In this document: positions 13,700-26,423 of the stretch, piece after piece
Layout: the number at the start of each line of letters is the position of its first letter
Position numbering within the stretch: position 1 is the first letter of the stretch
Origin: Octopus vulgaris
Taxonomy: Eukaryota
Direction: 5' to 3'
DNA length: 64,000 nucleotides
Assembly: GCA_951406725.2 (NCBI GenBank)
Contig: OX597819.1
Location: forward strand, 91,574,001-91,638,000
The notes under the pieces: model-generated
What the model saw: the letters and a program-made list of their open reading frames with translations, nothing else
Told to the model about the DNA's origin: nothing
Database searches by the model: none
Position numbers and translations under genes: made by a program

Positions 13700-14435
13700 A
13701 ACTCAACTTGATTTCGAGCCGGGTCGTCTGCTGCTGGAGAGGACCGATCAGGTAAAGGACCTGGGTATCTTGGTGGATTCCTCCTTTTCGCCTTCGGCCC
13801 AGTGCGTCCATGCTGCCAACAAAGCACGCGGAATTCTGTTCTTGATTCGACGGCCATTCGGAATGCTCACAGCAGCCATATTCCTACCACTCCATGTCAC
13901 GCAGGTGAGACCCATATTGGAGTACGGGATTCAAGCCTCTTCTCCTTATCTCCTCAAAGACATACAGCATCTCGAAAGAGTCCAGAAGCTGGCTACCCGC
14001 ATGGTTCATGGTCTCAAAAATTTGTCCTACAAAGAAAGGCTGAGGATGCTCGACCTTTATTCTCTAGAAAAACACCGCCGCCGTGGTGATCTCATTCTCG
14101 CCCACAACATCATAAGCGGAAAGTGTAACCTCTCGAAAGAGCTGTTCTTCACTCCTGCTCCAGAGCGTCGGCTGCGGGGTCATTCCGAAAAGCTCTACCT
14201 GCGACGATTTCATCTCAATCGAAGGAGAGGAGCTTTCTCCGTCTGGGTTGCGCATCCGTGGAACAAGCTGCCAGACGAGATGGTGAAGATGCCGACGACT
14301 GCTTTGTTCAAAGCCTCCCTTGACCTCAAGTGGCCTGAACTCTTTACATGAACACCACCCTGTACTTAACTCCATGTCTCCCTACATGGCCTTGCTATTT
14401 GCTTTTGAGCCAAATTAACTAACTAACTAACTAAT
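13700..14435 (+). mobile_element. 5'-truncated CR1-clade LINE (ORF2 C-terminus, 3' UTR, (AACT)n tail)
   Basis: Open frame with KDLGILVD, RPILEYG, LERVQKLATRMV, RRRGDLI, WNKLP; stop at 14351; tail AACTAACTAACT; GC-rich compared with its flanks. Confidence 0.88.
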
Positions 14436-14580
14436 TCCATGTTTATATGAAGATGTGGACAGTGCATCACTACTTGTTTGGATGCCAAAGAAAGATGCTA
14501 AAATTAAGAATGTGTGCTGATTACAAAGTATATGTAAATAAGAATTCAAGCTATTTTCATCCTATTCCTGATTTTGAAAC

Positions 14581-14707
14581 AATGTTCCCTGATACAGTTC
14601 TATATTTAAGAGATGAGGAATTATGTGCATTATTTACATTCAACGGATATCGAACAAGATTAGGACAAATATCTGTTGAATGTAAATAATGTAAATGTTC
14701 CCTGATA
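14581..14707. repeat. Short palindromic insertion with a 14-bp target-site duplication
   Basis: AATGTTCCCTGATA at 14581-14594 and 14694-14707; 23-bp inverted arms 14628-14650 and 14669-14691 (1 mismatch). Confidence 0.8.
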
Positions 14708-14838
14708 TTTACGGAGCAAGTTTTAGTGCCTCTCCATTCACACTTGTGAGGTGGGTGTAATAGTTGATAAGCAAATTTTCAGAACTGCTATCACTACCTT
14801 ATGGAGAAAAGTATGTGTAAAAATTGATCAGAATTATA

Positions 14839-15257
14839 GGCGTAGGAGTGGCTGTGTGGTAAGTAGCTTGCTTACCAACCACATGGTTCCGAGTTCATTC
14901 CCACTGCATGGCACCTTGGGCAAGTGTCTTCTACTATAGCCTTGGGTTGACCAAAGCCTTGTGAGTGGATTTGGTAGATGGTAACTGAAAGAAGCCCGTC
15001 GTATATGTATATATATACATATATATATGTATGTATGTATGTGTGTGTATATGCTTGTGTGTCTGTGTTTGTCCCCCCAACATCGCTTGACAACCGAAGC
15101 TGGTGTGTCTACGTCCCCGTAACTTAGCGGTTCGGCAAAAGGGACCGATAGAATAAGTACTAGGCTTACAAAGAATAAATCCTGGGGTCGATTTGCTCGA
15201 CTAAAGGTGGTGCTCCAGCATGGCTGCAGTCAAATGACTGAAACAAGTAAAAGAGTA
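14839..15257 (+). mobile_element. tRNA-derived SINE, full length
   Basis: GGCGTAGGAGTGGCTGTGTGG head through GTAAAAGAGT tail. Confidence 0.88.
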
Positions 15258-15779
15258 GAAAAAGGCACAAAGTTGGCATGCAAAAATATCAAAAAAGTAG
15301 GATGTTTTTGAAGAAGGAAACAATCACCCAATTCCTTGCTTTTTGTTTCCGAAAGTCTGCCAATCAACTATTACCTCCCACCTCATGAGTGTAATAATTA
15401 CTAATCCTTTAGTAAATATAAGTTTCACTGTTGATAATAGGCAAGGACTAATGTTTCTTTCCTCAGTTGATTTTCAAAAGGATTTTGGCAGATTGGTTCT
15501 GATTTGTTCTGTAAGAAATTGCATGCAGTGTTTAGTCATTAGATTATAGCTGGGCCTCAAAAGTTGCAGCCCCATTCTCTAACTTTCTATGGAGTTCATA
15601 ATTAGACATCTAGGTAACTTACTCATCTTTGCACCCTCCCCATCTAAAAAACAAAAGAAAAATGAATGAAAATGTAGTCACTGCTTGCCTTAAAAGTGTC
15701 CAATATATTGATTACTCCAAATGAATGCATTAATCAGGCATCTTCCAAAGATTTTCTAGGAATGACTATTTCAAATGAT

Positions 15780-16200
15780 GGGATCAAGCCACCATATAGT
15801 CTAATATACAAGATCTGTCCAGCCATCTTCTCCAATCACTCTTCCTGAGAGGTTTGTTGGAGTAGAAGCCTCAGGCACCTCTTTTATTGGGTTCTATTAG
15901 AAACGACTGTTAGACTTTCTGGCTGGAGTTTTGAGCAGGACAAAGTGAGACTATGGATATTATCCAACCATCCTGTTCTTGGTCTACCCTCAGGTTTTGT
16001 GCTGGTCGGCTCAACTTGAAGAATCTGTTTGGTGATTATTTTCTGCAACATTCTAATCATGCATCTGTAATACATGGACTGCGATCTCTCAATGCGGAGA
16101 AGTAGCAATTTGACCTGGAGAGACTCCCTGATCTCCAAGCTGTGCATCCTGTCAAGCAATGTTACTTGAGATATCTTTTGGAGGAACTCCTGTTTTGGCC
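15780..16200 (-). pseudogene. RTE-type LINE 3' fragment
   Basis: LLLRIERSQ and GRPRTGWLDNI. Confidence 0.65.
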
Positions 16201-16373
16201 AGAAAGAATGAGTACTAATGGATGAATTGAAACAATTACTTGAAAGAGAAAAATTTGAGATATTTGAAGGCTGGCAAACTATTGTTACCAACAGTTTATT
16301 CCAAAATTTTCGGACGTTGAGCATCTTCTTGCAGTTTAAATGATTGTCTTTTCTTTGGTTTACATACAAATAG

Positions 16374-17050
16374 GTACATGCATGGCTGTGTGGTAAGAAG
16401 CTTGCTTCCCAGCCACATGGTTCTGGGTTCAGTCCTATTGCGTGGCACCTTGGGCAAGTGTCTTCTACTATAGCCTCAGGCTGACCAAAGCTTTGTTAGT
16501 GGATTTGGTAGATGGAAACTGAAAGAAACATGTCATATATATATATCATCATCATCATCATTTAGCGTTCGCTTTCCATGCTAGCATGGGTTGGACGGTT
16601 CAACTGGGGTCTGTGAAGCCAGAAGGCTGCATCAGGCCCAGTCTGATCTGGCAGTGTTTCTACAGCTGGATGCCCTTCCTAACGTCAACCACTCCGTGAG
16701 TGTAGTGGGTGCTTTTTACGTGCCACCCGCACAGGTGCCAGGCAGAGCTGGCAAATGGCCACGGACGGATGGTGCTTTTTACGTGCCACCGGCACATATG
16801 TATAAAACATGTTTCTTTGTATATACCTGTGTGTGAGTCTTTCTTTCTGTGTTTGCCCACCCCCCTCCCCAAATCACTGCTTGACAATCTGTGTTTATGT
16901 CCCCGTAACTTAGCAGTTTGGCAAGAGGCTGACAGGATAAGTACTAGGCTTTAAAAAAGTCCTGGGGTTGATTTGTTTTGACTAAAATCCTTCAAGGTGG
17001 TGCTCCAGCATGGCTACAGTCAATTGACAAACAAGTAAAAGGATAAAAGA
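16374..17050 (+). mobile_element. SINE with a nested minus-strand RTE-3'UTR-type repeat (about 16546-16795) in its microsatellite
   Basis: SINE head, (TA)n, inverted (GAT)n-tailed repeat, then the SINE 3' half resumes. Confidence 0.75.
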
Positions 17051-18037
17051 ATAAATATTTGGAAATGTGTTGATCATAGTCTCACAGTCACTTTTATTAA
17101 TTTCCAGTAGGAGCTTGGAGAACAAGGGAATACCTGTTTCCCATTTTCTCTAAATTAGACTTCCCAACTAGAGTAGTACCAGACAGTGGATGAGAAGTCA
17201 TTAAAATACTGGTTAAACATGGTTGTAAGATAATTGGAAGTCTTACTCAAAATTCAAACTCTAATGGCGCAGTAGATAGAGCTGTGCTAACAATCAAATC
17301 TGCATTAAAAGGTTACAGTTATTAATTGGAAAGTTTGATGATTATTTACTTAAGATTTTGTTCAACCAACTTATTAATGCCTCAATTGCATGCAAGTTAT
17401 GAGATGAGAAATTACTTGGCAGACGGTTAAGAGTAGCAGTAATTTGTTTTCACTAGATTGGACAAATGGTTCATTATAAGAACAATATAATGAAATTTCT
17501 TACAGATACGCATTATCTGATATGTGCTGGCAGAAACACAGCCTGGATTAAACGAGATGAAAAGACTCAGATTGTGTCAGTTAAACAAATAGCTCTTAAA
17601 TATCGTTCCCCAAGCACGTTTGCTAATCACGATAATGTTATCATTAGGCCAACATCACCAGCTTTTTTTATCTCCTGCAGAGCTACTGAATGATAATGTG
17701 ATCTCCAATAATGTATCTAGCAAGTCAACATCATCAAATTCTCTACCTTCTATTCTAATATTCAACCTACAACACCCCACCACAGCAAACACTACTAAAT
17801 CATTACTAATCCTTGCGTCAGTATAGGAGTTCCATACTCACAAAGGGAATTTGGAGGCCACAAAGGTATAATGACTTGCAAGATGTTTGTTTCATAGTTG
17901 GAATAATATATGTATAGTCCAACCCATGCCAGCATGGAAAGCAGATGTTAAACGACAATGATATTCTAGATAGTTGGTTGTTTTGTTTCGTAGTTTACTA
18001 TTAAGTTCTGCACACTATAGCTATCTACCCTATCTGT

Positions 18038-18268
18038 GGTCGAGCTGACAGAAACATTAGCACACTGTGTGAAATGCTTAGCGGTATTTCGTCTGCCACT
18101 ATGTTCTGAGTTCAAATTCCGCCGAGGTTGACTTTGCCTTTCATCCTTTCAGGGTCGATTAAATAAGTACCAGTTACACATTGGGGTCGATATAATCGAC
18201 TTAATCCGTTTGTCTGTCCTTGTTTGTCCTCTCTGTATTTAGCCCCTTGTGGGTAGTAAAGAAATAGG
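18038..18268 (+). mobile_element. SINE of a second family with a non-poly(A) tail resembling Tx1 3' ends
   Basis: GAGTTCAAAT B box, GCCTTTCATCCTTTC..GTCGAT..AATAAGTACCAG central domain, tail TTTGTCCTCTCTGTATTTAGCCCCTTGTGGGTAGTAAAGAAAT. Confidence 0.7.
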
Positions 18269-19807
18269 TATCATTGTTATGTTAATGTTTTGGCATTGTA
18301 TGCTTGCACTTAGTCAAGGTTATTTAAGGTGTCTGTTAGTTTGGGAACTTATTGACTTAATCCTTTCGTATTTAAACTTGCCATATCCACATACAATATT
18401 CTAAAAGTAAACAATCATACCATTTAAATCTTAAAGCTATGAGATAATGTATAATTAACACAGCAGTATGAATAAATAAGTAATTACATTTGACAGTGTA
18501 ATCTGAATTCTAAAGGGTTCAAGTGGCCTTAAGTAATTATTGTAAAAAGAAGTTGCTCTCACTCCAAACTCCTTACATCATTACTCTTACTCAGCACTTC
18601 CTGTCTCTTGGATCTAACTTAGCAATTTCTGCCTTTTAGTACCTAACTGAAACCAGGCACATCATCATCCATTTCAAGATTGGTTAGTTGATATATTACA
18701 AATGGTATTTGACTGTAAAAATCTTTTCTCTTGTAAAAATAGTTGATGTGAAATATGTGTATTTGTGGAACAACCCTGTTGAACCCAATGCAAAAAAAAA
18801 AAACATGAGGAAAAACAGCTATGATAGCACATGATGAATGAACACATAAAATTAAAAAAAACAGTTTCAGAGATGATAAAGAATGGACAAAGATTTATTA
18901 TTCAAAACACAAGAGATTTAACTGTTGGTTTTTGCTAGTGTTGTCTCTCTCTAGTTTTATACTCACTTAGTCTTATTTACCAAGAGCTCCACATCTTGTC
19001 AGTTTATTATTTATTGGAACATTTTGGCTGCTTATCTTTCTTTTCTTTTTTGGTTACTTTATTTTCTTTCTTTGTTTTTTTTTATTAAGAAAAATTTCTT
19101 TTTTAAATTCTGATATAAAATGGCGTTTTGTAGACTGTTTCTGATCTCTCTGTCTGTGTGCATGTGTGTTTTATCTTCGAAAATTATAATAAATTTTTGG
19201 TTGTTATGTCTTCCCCTGTTCTACCAAATACTTACTTTTCTTTCCTTAGAACTTTTTTATCTTGCTTAAGGGGTGCAGTGATAAGAATGAAGCAGCATAG
19301 ACTTTTTGTTGTTATTGGTTTGTTGTCATGAGTACATACTATCAGTTAAAAAAAAAAAAAGAAAACAACTCCCAAAGCCTTTGCTAGTTATTCTTGGATT
19401 CAGATAACATGAGTTTGTTGAGTAGAAAACATTGACTTCATATTACTTATAATCTGTTGTGATTCTTCTATAAATCATAAGAGAAAAGACAAAATAGAAT
19501 TTAAGAAAATGATTACTTGTTGCTCATAGATTCCATTCCGTCCTTTTAGATGTTTTGTGCCACATACAGCTGAGATAGAAATTCTTATTTTATTGATGTC
19601 TATGGCATTATGTTGGTGGTTGTTTAACCCGGGTCAGCCTTGACTCAGCAAACATTTGAGCAAAATATTCCAACCATTACCATATCTTTTTTTTCTGTTT
19701 TTTCTTTCTGTTTTTTCAATGTATCTGAGATTGTTATCCACATTGTGTTCAACCTTATTTAACCTTTTGTTACCATATTTCTGAGCTATATGCACTTATC
19801 TGTAGAA

Positions 19808-20170
19808 ATCGTCATCGTTTAACGTCCGCTTTCCATGCTGGCATGGGTTGGACGGTTCAACTGGGGTCTGGGAAGCCGGGAGGCTGCACCAGGCTCAGTC
19901 TGATCTAGCAGTGTTTCTACAGCTGGGTGCCCTTCCTAACGCCAACCACTCCGTAAGTGTAGTGGGTGCTTTTTACGTGCCAAGCGAGGCTGGCAACAGC
20001 CATGATCGGATGGTGTTTTTTACGTGCCACCGGCACGGGGGCCAGTCAGGGCAGTGCTGGCAACGGCCACATTCAGATGGTTCTCTTACATGCCACCGGC
20101 ACTGGTATCACAATTACAATTTCCATTGATTTTGATCGATTTTGATTTCACTTGCCTCAGCAGGTCTTCA
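19808..20170 (-). mobile_element. RTE-3'UTR-type repeat (related copies near 2.0, 10.5, 16.55, 31.2 and 32.0 kb)
   Basis: Shared GTTAGGAAGGGCATCCAGCTGTAGAAAC...CCATGCCAGCATGGAAAGCGGACGTTAAACGATGA end. Confidence 0.75.
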
Positions 20171-21145
20171 CAAGTAATATTCGAAATAGATTCTGAATAT
20201 CATGAAGTCACAGGTTTGGTTTTGTGTGGCAAGAAGTTTGCTTCTCAACCACATGGTTTTGAATTTAGTCCTGCAATATGGCACCTTGGGCAAAATATCT
20301 TCTATATAGCCTTGGGTCAACTAAAAGACAGTAAATTTGAAAGAAACCCATCATATCTGTGTGTGTGTTAGTTACTGTCTCTTTGACTTGACACTGCATG
20401 GTAGTTATAAGCAAGTGTCACCATCATAGAAGCAGTGTTCTTCATTTCCAGTCTTCCATGAAAACTTGTCTGATTGTGGGGAAATATATCTCATACTTTG
20501 AAACCGGTGAGGGTTGGTAACAGGAAGGGCATCAGGCTATGGAAAATCTATCTCAACAAATTCTATCTGATCCATATGAGCATGGAAAAGTGGACATTAA
20601 AATGATGATGAAAGGATTTAGTAAAACTTTGATGTTATTAATTGGATGTTTGAAACATAAATTAACAGGTTCAATCTTACTGATTTGAATGGTACTTTGT
20701 ACAAGTGTCTATCACTTCTATCATAGATATGATTTGTCTCATGCCTTTTAAGTGATAAAACAAGGGTAGTAAAAGCAGATTGATATCAAAAGGGGTAAGA
20801 TGGTAGGGCTTAACTTGGTTGCTATTTCTAGCAAAGCAACAGCCACATAAGAGCATTTCAGGAGTTTTGTTCAGGAGTGGATTGCTCACTTAGTACCCAT
20901 TCTTTTTTTTTTCTATTTTTATGGCATAGTTTAGGAAGGGCAGTTGCACATGACTTATTGCAGGGCTTCCAAGATTGAGGAGATCTCTAAGGTTTATGCT
21001 TACCATGAACATCTGAGATAAAAAAAAAAAAAAAAAGTGGGCTGCATGGAGAGTATTTCAGAAGGTTAGTGTTTGGGGGAAGAAGGATGGGGAGAAGAGA
21101 TTAATATTGTGCTTGCTGAATGAGACACAGTCAGGCTAACTTTAA

Positions 21146-21360
21146 CCCTTCGTTACCAACCCGGCTGAAACTGGCTCTGGCTCTGAGTACAAATGTCTTG
21201 TTTCCATAAGTTTAAAATTAAAACCTTCCACCAAACCTTAGTCACAATTTATGTTCCTAACACTAGCTTAATGATAACCAAGTTATTTTACTAAATTCTT
21301 TGTAATATTTAAAGTAATTGAAAGAAACAGCATTTCAAAATTAAAACAGTAACGGAAGGG
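21146..21360. mobile_element. piggyBac-type MITE
   Basis: TTAA|CCCTTCGTTAC ... GTAACGGAAGGG|TTAA; TIRs match the piggyBac at 42943-45569. Confidence 0.85.
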
Positions 21361-22034
21361 TTAACAAGACACTTATTGACTTTACAGTAATGCTACTGTT
21401 TTCTTCAAGAAATCTACCATGATGCTATGTAATTTACCCTGAGCTAGATGGACTTATCTGTAGACACAATATGGTGCCAGTGATATATGTACTGCCAAAC
21501 CCATATAACTAATTATTTGACTGCATTTCTATCAGCTAGCCAATCTGTACACCTCTCAGCCCATATACAGATACATTTTGATAAAAAAAAAAATCCTATA
21601 TCGACTCAAATATATAATTAATATCTTAAAGAGTGAAATATATCTAAATGTTGTTTGAAATGAGTTGCTGAGATTACAAGTTTTCAGGCAATCTTTTAAG
21701 ACAGACATAGCCAATCCCTTTTGACAAGTGGGTTGCACAAGGCATTGTTCATCCTCATGCAGGCCATACTACTTAAATAATTCAAGGTAATTTTTCATTG
21801 ACCTTTCAGAAAGTCCCACATGCTACAGTTTACCTGTGGCTGTCCTAAGAGAAGACTCTTTTCCTGATATTTATTTCAATGCTACATTTCAGTTGGTTTG
21901 ATCTAGGATTGTATATAAAGTGTCTTAGTCCTGGATGTATTCATAGGACTAGACTAGATTGAAACTAAAAATTATTATTTCTAAATATAAAAAGTAATAA
22001 TATTCTTGTTCATTTGGCTAGTAATTATACTTAA

Positions 22035-22318
22035 CTAGCAGTATTGCTCGGGTTTGTAAGGGAAATAACTATATAAGCATTTTTAGAGAGTTACTTCCCT
22101 TGTATAACCCGAGCAAAAATCATTAAAAATGCGGAAAAATGATGGTAAATTTTTTTTTAAATCGTAGACACGCGCTAATACCCAGAAGGGCTCGATATGA
22201 ATGACGACTATAAGATACCTGCTTTTGGTTAAGCTGCACCGCAAAATGTGGGAGTAGTTAGGAATCTAAATCGGAGGAGACAGTCTCACACACACAACTT
22301 CAATTTTATATATAAAGA
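22035..22318 (-). mobile_element. Non-autonomous Helitron
   Basis: Minus strand starts A|TCTTTATATATAAAA and ends CTAG|T, with no TSD. Confidence 0.65.
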
Positions 22319-22802
22319 TATAGGTGCTGGCATGGCCATATGTTGAAGAAGTTTACTTCATAACCACATAGATCCAGGTTCAATCTTACTGTGTGGTACT
22401 TTGTACAAGTGTCTATCGTTCTATCATAGATATGATTTGTCTCATGCCTTTTAAGTGATATGAGGTAGCTGGAAACCTGATGGATGAAGTGTAGCTGTTG
22501 ATGGAGGGCAGTCTTAATGTGTTGCCTTGTTTAAAACCACACATTTTTGTTGCGTACTTTTAGTGGAGCTCACTCTATTGCAAAAATCATTCAAATCTCT
22601 GCTTTGTGGAAAACTTGATATCCTGGTGAGCAACCTGATGCAGCAACTGTGCTTTATTTTCTTCCTCCCTTTCCCCCCATGTATCTCCTGCAAACGGTCA
22701 TAAGGCACTGTCCTTTCAAGTCTGACTTAGATTTTTAGCATATTTTGAAAGCTCTACACATATGGAAATTAATATTTATGGTGGTGGGTAAAATATGTAT
22801 AT

Positions 22803-23007
22803 ACTCTTTTACTCTTTTCAGTCATTTGATTGGGGCCATGCTAGAGCACCACCTTTAGTTGAGCAAACCGACCCCGGGACTTATTCTTTGTAAGCCCAGT
22901 ACTTATTCTAGCTGAACCGCTAAGTGACGGGGACGTAAACACGCCAGCATCAGTAGTCAAACAATGCTAGAGGGACAAAAACACAGACACACACACACAC
23001 GCGCGCG

Positions 23008-23059
<52 letters not shown>

Positions 23060-23215
23060 CTTCTTTCAGTTTCCATCTACCAAATCCACTCACAAGGCAT
23101 TGGTCGGCCCGGGGCTATAGCAGAAGACACTTGCCCAAGATGCCACGCAGTGGGACTGAACCCGGAACTATGTGGTTGGTAAACAAGCTACTTACCACAC
23201 AGCCACTCCTGTGCC
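22803..23215 (-). mobile_element. tRNA-derived SINE with a long (CA)n/(CG)n tract
   Basis: Same family as 1-356. Confidence 0.85.
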
Positions 23216-23439
23216 TATGTATATATATATTTTTTTGCTAAATAATTATAGCAATAAAAGTTTATTTCTTTATTCCACATTTTAAATGTTTACTTGAGCA
23301 GATGTCAAAAGTTTAAATTTAGATATTTTAGCTGAATTTTTAATTCTTCATTTAGTTGTTTTATTTAATATATTATTTAAGGCTACAACCTCCCACTGGC
23401 AATAAAGTCTTATTCATCTGTGTAGAATGGTGCTGACAT

Positions 23440-23700
23440 TAAAGAACTTCTAGATTCTTCTTCGTAAAAGAACACTTTGTACAGGTTGGAATTTTATCGA
23501 GCTGACTGCATTTCTTGCTATAATTCTCTGCTGTAGTGTCTGCTAGTTTTCAGTGTTTGGGAACGGTGTCAAGGTTATTTATTTTCTTGTCTAGGTGCCA
23601 AAATTGCTAAATATTAATTCTCTATTATCTCAGATAGATGTAAGTTTTTCATGTTATATGTCTATTTCTATTGATATTGTCTGTGGAATATTATTAGCTT
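23440..23700 (-). pseudogene. Decayed RLE-type LINE C-terminus (R4/Dong-like)
   Basis: Fragments EKLT, QFWHL and LDTVPK resemble the EK..KY..L...LW...GALGTVPK end of RLE ORFs. Confidence 0.35.
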
Positions 23701-26423
23701 ACTTCTTTTCTTGTTAATTACGTTTATTTATTTTATCTCAATTTATACAATTAGTTTCAGTTGGCTGAAGAAGCTGGTTAACTCTTATCACTCACAATGT
23801 TTTCATATTCTTACCATGAAAAAAATAAAACTTGGATAAAAGAAAAAATTCTTTTTATCCTCTTAGAAGGCCAGATTGCAATATGAAGGAATTCAGAATG
23901 AAAAAAAAAAAAAAAAAAAAAACCCAACAAAAAGTAAAATTTAGGGAGGATTAACAGATGTTATTGTTAGGAATGTAGTACAAGTGAATACCATGTCTTA
24001 GCCTTTTGTGATGTAGCAGTGTTAATGAAATAAAAATATTATGCATGCATGAGTATGCACACACATAATACACATTGATATAAAGAATTTAATTTAAGTT
24101 AGAGACCTTTCAAGATTACAATTTACTGCAATTTTATCTTATGAATTATCAAAATTGCATAATAGGAGTTGCATTTGAAGAGAAGGAAAACTAAAATAAT
24201 TTTTTTTTGTATACCACAAAATGTGTCAGCTCAGTATATAAAGGATGAGATAGCATATAAGATAAAAATAGAAGTCCTTTCCTTGCATTGCTGTTTCAAC
24301 CTCATCAATGCTATGCCTTCTCTTCTCCAGCTCTGTTTCAGACTGATCAATTAATCAAACAGTTGAATTAATTGGTTCAATGATTAACAAACTGAATAAT
24401 AATCCTTTCTGCTATAGGTACAAGGGGCTGGTTGATTATGATTCTGGTGCTCAGCTGGTATTTATTTTATCGACCCTGAAAGTTGACCTTGGAAAATTGA
24501 ACTTAGAAAGATGGGACAAAATACTGCTAAGCAATATGTCTGGTGTGCTAATGATTCTGCCTGTTCATTGCCATAACCGACTGACTAATAATAAAAGAAG
24601 CGAAATAGAGCCTGTGTGTGTGTGTGTGTTTTTATTAGCATAATGACCCTCCCAAGACACAGTAAAAAAATTATGCAGTAAGAGAAAATTTTAGATTAGA
24701 ATTCTGGATGTCTTATGCTAAGAAATGGGTGTATTTTGTGCATTTGGCTTTGCACTACATTGTTTCATTTTTCTTAATAAATATCTGTAGTAAAGCAAAT
24801 GTTGGGTTTCATAACGGTTTGGATTTATTTATAAATCATGTAGGTTTGAAACTGTCGCAATGAATGTGCTTGATGTTTTGATAATGGTTTGTTTTTTTTA
24901 TTAAAAATTGTCTTGAAGATTTTGAAAAGTCATCATGTTAAAAACAAATACATAAAGAATTTAATTTCTTGAGAGGGTTTAAAGTGTTGCTCAGTAATAT
25001 GCTACAGGCATTTTTTAAAACTAACAAAATGGTATATTGTATTAAATATTAGGCAAAATGAAATAATGTAAAGCATGGCATAAGAATTAAAAATCAAAAA
25101 CTATCAGGTTTGACTGTGTGGTTAACAAACTTGCTTTGCAACTATGTAGTTTCCAGTTCAGTCCCACTGTGTGGCACCTTGGTCAAGTGTCTTCTATATC
25201 CTTGTATTGTGAGTGAATTTGGGGAAACTGGAAATCTCTCATGTATGTGTGTGTTTGTGGTTACTTCCCCATCCCACAACAAATGTTACTTTATTTATGT
25301 CCCCATAATGAAGCAGTTAGGTAAAAAGGGATAGAATAAGTACCAGACTTCTACAGAAATAAGTACTGGGGCAATTTGTTCAGCTAAACCTGTGAAGGGG
25401 GTTTCAATGCATAGCCACAGTCCATTAGCCTAAATGAGTTACAGACTAAAGATATGTGATGAATGTTAACACAGTACATGATGAGAGTATTTTCAATTTT
25501 GGTTTAGTTCATTCATCTGTTTTTATTTACATTTTGATAGTATATTGTTGTTTGACTATAACGATATGGTTTAAATAAATTTTCAAGAAGTGGATAATAT
25601 ATTTTTAAGCTTTTATTAGAATAAATAATATAAGTTGGCTAAAGAAAAAAAATAATGCTGTCATACAAGGAAAGTACGAAATAAATATATTTTGCTTTAA
25701 CAATTAAAAAAAATGCCCAACAAACTATTTTGTTAGTTTCTTGGTTACATGTCAAGAGAATAAATATTCACAACAAAAGCAACTGAAGAACAACAAAAAC
25801 ATTGTGTTGATTTTGAAATAAGATATTTTTGTAAATATGAAGAAAACAATTGTTTTTGGACTTGTAAATGAAATATTTACATGTAAAATTTCATCTTTGG
25901 TAAGATGCCCATGCTACCATGGAAGTTGGGCATTAAACAATGATGATGATGATAAGAAGTAAAAGTATTTTAACTCTTTCAGTATATGAGGATATTTGAT
26001 TAATTTCGAGAACAAGCTTAATGAATTAATCCTTTTTTTTTTTTTTTTTGTTGCCATATTGACTGTTCTTGGCTTGTGTAAGAGCTGTGTAACTAATATG
26101 AAAATGAATATGATTATCATCATCAGTATTTAACGTTTACCAAATCCACTCACATGAATTTGGTGAAAATATCAATATTCACTTACATTTGCATGTACAT
26201 ATACATACGTACATGCATACACATATGCTTGGAAACTGGTTATGGTTCGTGAGAGGAAGGCCCACCGGCCATAGAAAATCTGCCATGACAAAAACTCTGC
26301 TGAACCCATGCAGGCAGGGAAAAGTGAATGTTAAATGATGAGGATTATGACTATAATGTTGATGCTGTCCAAGTTGTAGCATGGAAAGGAATCAATGAAT
26401 GGTATTTTTCTTTATCTTTTCAG

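Larger units (their letters stand above)
13590..17600 (+). pseudogene. Fossil Gypsy-type LTR retrotransposon pol, interrupted by later insertions
   Basis: RT start LVWMPKKDAK..RMCADYKVYVN..HPIPDFETMF (14.46-14.72 kb), linker IFEGW...DCLFFG (16.25-16.36 kb), integrase FPTRVVPDSG and SNGAVDRAVLTIKSALK (17.15-17.31 kb), in canonical order. Confidence 0.6.

Noticed and set aside
14839-14910. tRNA-like sequences with A and B boxes
   Set aside because: They are SINE heads that continue into the SINE body; no complete cloverleaf or Pol III terminator
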